From NCBI GenBank assembly GCA_049315365.1, contig JBMOKH010000003.1, forward strand, positions 1 through 40,929: DNA of 40,929 bases, read 5' to 3'. Shown in pieces: positions 38,378-40,929 of the stretch. A program made the translations under genes and the position numbers. The DNA is from Candidatus Nanopelagicales bacterium (GTDB taxonomy: Bacteria; Actinomycetota; Actinomycetes; S36-B12). The notes under the pieces are model-generated. The model ran no database searches and was not told where the DNA came from. It saw nothing but the letters and a program-made list of their open reading frames with translations. Position 1 is the stretch's first letter. The number at the start of each line of letters is the position of its first letter.

Positions 38378-40453
38378 GTGACGTACCCATCGGCCGAGGC
38401 GACTCTCGAGCAACTCGACGATGAGCAGCGGGCGGTCGCCACCGCGCTCACCGGCCCGGTGGTCGTGCTTGCCGGGGCGGGCACGGGCAAGACCCGGGCA
38501 ATCACCCATCGGATCGCCCACGCGGTGGCGGCAGGCGAGCACGAGGCGAGGCGGTCACTGGCCGTGACGTTCACGGCGCGGGCGGCGGGCGAGATGCGGT
38601 CGCGGCTGCGGACTCTGGGCGTGAGCGATGTCGCCGTCCGGACCTTCCATGCCGCCGCACTTCGCCAGCTGCGCTACTTCTGGCCCCGTCTCTCGAGCGA
38701 TGCCTTCCCCGAACTACTGCCGAGCAAACTCCGACTCATCGGCGAGGCGGCGGCATCGTGCGGGGTGTCGGTGAGCGCGCCGGTGCTGCGGGATCTCTCG
38801 GCAGATATCGAGTGGGCGAAGGTGTCTGAACTCACTCCGGCCGAGATCCTCTCCGGTGCGCATGCTGCCAGGCGTGACTGGTCAATCGAGGTGCGCGATG
38901 TCTCGCGCGTCTACGCTGCCTATGACGACCTGAAGGCCCGGCGGGGCAGGCTGGACTTCGAGGACGTGCTGCTCGTGACGGTCGGCGCGCTGCAGTCGCG
39001 GCCGGACATCGCTGACGAGGTCCGCAAGGCCTACCGCTGGTTCACCGTCGATGAGTACCAGGATGTCAATCCGCTGCAGCACCGCCTGCTCGAGCTCTGG
39101 CGCGGCGACCGAGACGACGTGTGCGTCGTCGGCGACGTCAGCCAGACGATCTATTCCTTCACCGGGGCGACGTCGACGTACCTCCTTGACTTCCCGAAGG
39201 CCTTTCCGGGGGCGACCGAGGTCCGGCTGGTGAACTGCTACCGGTGCAGTGGTCCGATCGTGGATCTGGCGAACTCCGTCGTGGCCCAGGCACCGGTGAA
39301 GGCGACCCTGCGGCTGCGGGCGGTCGACTTGCAGGGTCCGACGCCGACGGTCGAGGCTTTCGCTGACGATGTGAGCGAGGCCGAACAGGTGGCTGCGCGG
39401 GTGCACGGGTACCTCGACCGCGGCGCGTCGGCCCGCGACATGGCGGTGCTGTTCCGCATCAATGCGCAATCGGCTGAGCTCGAGGCGGCGATGTCGGCGA
39501 GGGGGATTCCGATCGTCATGCGGGGCACTGAGCGATTCTTCGACCGGCCTGAGATTCGGGAGGGGATCACGAGGCTGCGGGGTGCTGCGCGCGCAGGCGA
39601 GGCGACAGGGCCGATCGGCGAAGAGGTGCGAAACGTTCTGCGGGCGGCCGGTTGGAGCGAGGAGCCGCCCATGGGTGGTGGCGCGGTGCGCGAGCGCTGG
39701 GAGTCGCTCTCGGCACTCGTCTCCCTTGCCGACGAGCATGCCGCGATGGACGTTGCCGCGCTCATTGCCGAGCTCGACCAGCGCGCCGAGTCGCAGCACG
39801 CGCCGACAGCCGATGCCGTGACCTTGTCTTCGCTCCACTCGGCAAAGGGCCTCGAGTGGGACACCGTCTTCATCATCGGCTGCAGCGAGCGACTCCTGCC
39901 GTACGTGCAGGGATCGAGCAGCGAGCCGCTCGACGTGGACGAGGAGCGCCGGCTCCTCTACGTCGGGATCACGCGGGCCAAGCGCAACCTGCACGTGTCA
40001 TGGGCGAGGTCACGGGAGCCGGGCGGCCGGGCGTCGCGATCGGCGAGCCGGTTCCTAGAGGCTGCGGATCCTGAGTCGCTCGGTGGCTCGCTGGGGGCGA
40101 CCGTCACGCTCGGGACGAGGCAGGCGAAGGTGGAGCAGCGACGTAAGGGCCCCGCAAAATGCCGGGTCTGCGGTAAGGGGCTCGTGACGGCGCCCGAGCG
40201 CACGCTCGGCCGATGCCGCACCTGCCCGAGCGATTTCAACATCGAACGGTGGGAGGCGCTGAAGCGCTGGCGGCTCGGACGGGCCAAGGAGCGGGAGGTG
40301 CCTGCCTACCTGGTCTTCACCGATGCGACCCTCATGGCAATCGTCGAGCGCGGGCCATCGACGCTCGAGGAGCTCGAGGAGATTCCCGGAATCGGCGAGG
40401 CGAAGATTGAGGCCTACGGCAGTGCAGTGATCGGCATCGTGAACGCGACGTAG
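38378..40453 (+). CDS. uvrD2: ATP-dependent DNA helicase UvrD2
   Basis: AGAGTGKTRAITHRIA, LRQLRYFWP, VDEYQDV, tetracysteine CRVC-X14-CRTC and C-terminal HRDC (VPAYLVFTDATL); start moved to GTG 38378. Confidence 0.96.
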   Translation: MTYPSAEATLEQLDDEQRAVATALTGPVVVLAGAGTGKTRAITHRIAHAVAAGEHEARRSLAVTFTARAAGEMRSRLRTLGVSDVAVRTFHAAALRQLRYFWPRLSSDAFPELLPSKLRLIGEAAASCGVSVSAPVLRDLSADIEWAKVSELTPAEILSGAHAARRDWSIEVRDVSRVYAAYDDLKARRGRLDFEDVLLVTVGALQSRPDIADEVRKAYRWFTVDEYQDVNPLQHRLLELWRGDRDDVCVVGDVSQTIYSFTGATSTYLLDFPKAFPGATEVRLVNCYRCSGPIVDLANSVVAQAPVKATLRLRAVDLQGPTPTVEAFADDVSEAEQVAARVHGYLDRGASARDMAVLFRINAQSAELEAAMSARGIPIVMRGTERFFDRPEIREGITRLRGAARAGEATGPIGEEVRNVLRAAGWSEEPPMGGGAVRERWESLSALVSLADEHAAMDVAALIAELDQRAESQHAPTADAVTLSSLHSAKGLEWDTVFIIGCSERLLPYVQGSSSEPLDVDEERRLLYVGITRAKRNLHVSWARSREPGGRASRSASRFLEAADPESLGGSLGATVTLGTRQAKVEQRRKGPAKCRVCGKGLVTAPERTLGRCRTCPSDFNIERWEALKRWRLGRAKEREVPAYLVFTDATLMAIVERGPSTLEELEEIPGIGEAKIEAYGSAVIGIVNAT

Positions 40454-40495
40454 CGTGAAGACGGCGTCGGCGGTCGAGAGATGCGGTCGGGAGGG

Positions 40496-40929
40496 CTACG
40501 GGGCCTCGACGAATCCCGGGGCCCAGCGCTCGAGCTCGGATCGCATCGGCACGGTGGCCCCGAGCTGGCACAGCACGCCGATCGTGCCGAGCCAGACGCG
40601 GTGGATGAGGGCGTAGGACGGCGGCAGGTTCAGCTTGAGCCCGACGGTGAAGTCGGGGTTGCGGATGTCGTTGAGCCTGGTGAACTGGCCGCGCATCCAG
40701 TCGCGGGAGAACGTGAATGTCTCATGGCGTGCCGGCTCGACGAATGGGTCGAGGTATGACAGGACCTGCTCGGGGTCGACGTCGATATGAGGACGGACGA
40801 ACCCTTCGGTTCGCAGGCCTTCGAGCACGGTATCCGCGTCTCCCGACTGGGCCAGGCGCAGCAGTGTGCCCATTGCGAGGGGGAGGCCGTCCGGCAGGTG
40901 CGCGACCGCTCCGAAGTCGAGCACGCACA
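40496..40929 (-). CDS. AarF/ABC1/UbiB-family kinase (Rv3197-like), C-terminal part
   Basis: LDFGAVAHLPDGLP, LNLPPSYALIHRVWLGTIGVLCQL, WAPGF; convergent on uvrD2; 5' end outside the window. Confidence 0.88.
   Translation of the reverse strand, partial: CVLDFGAVAHLPDGLPLAMGTLLRLAQSGDADTVLEGLRTEGFVRPHIDVDPEQVLSYLDPFVEPARHETFTFSRDWMRGQFTRLNDIRNPDFTVGLKLNLPPSYALIHRVWLGTIGVLCQLGATVPMRSELERWAPGFVEAP

Noticed and set aside
38354-38420. SigR/SigH promoter for mycoredoxin
   Set aside because: No GGAA(T/C)-N18-GTT found on the minus strand upstream of the start.

Overview
High-GC actinomycete chromosomal segment, mostly conserved core genes in the order known from the Mycobacterium Rv3248c-Rv3197 and equivalent Streptomyces regions: ahcY, CPBP protease, mtrA-mtrB-lpqB, comF, secA, Rv3235-like gene, WS/DGAT, patatin, DUF2505, NAD-glutamate dehydrogenase, moeZ, UPF0104 flippase-like protein, adnA-adnB, nudC, mycoredoxin, uvrD2 and an ABC1 kinase (partial). 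I found no rRNA, tRNA, CRISPR array or transposase. Most notable: (1) an AbiEi/DUF559-type nuclease gene bracketed by two related ~65-bp palindromes, a REP/RAYT-like cassette without a transposase; (2) an uncharacterised five-gene module beside secA (Rv3235-like, tandem Sm-like-fold protein, BldC/Xis-like HTH, SAF/CpaB-like, deviant-Walker-A ParA/CpaE-like ATPase) with DnaA-type boxes, a 19-bp-spacer promoter and 10-bp-phased repeats; (3) an ORF missing from the track that starts inside a perfect SOS box and carries 13 alternating cysteines; (4) a GNAT-LuxR HTH fusion where hpf is normally found; (5) a hairpin occluding the ahcY RBS; (6) pervasive leaderless promoter geometry. All family calls come from motif recognition by eye, not database searches.
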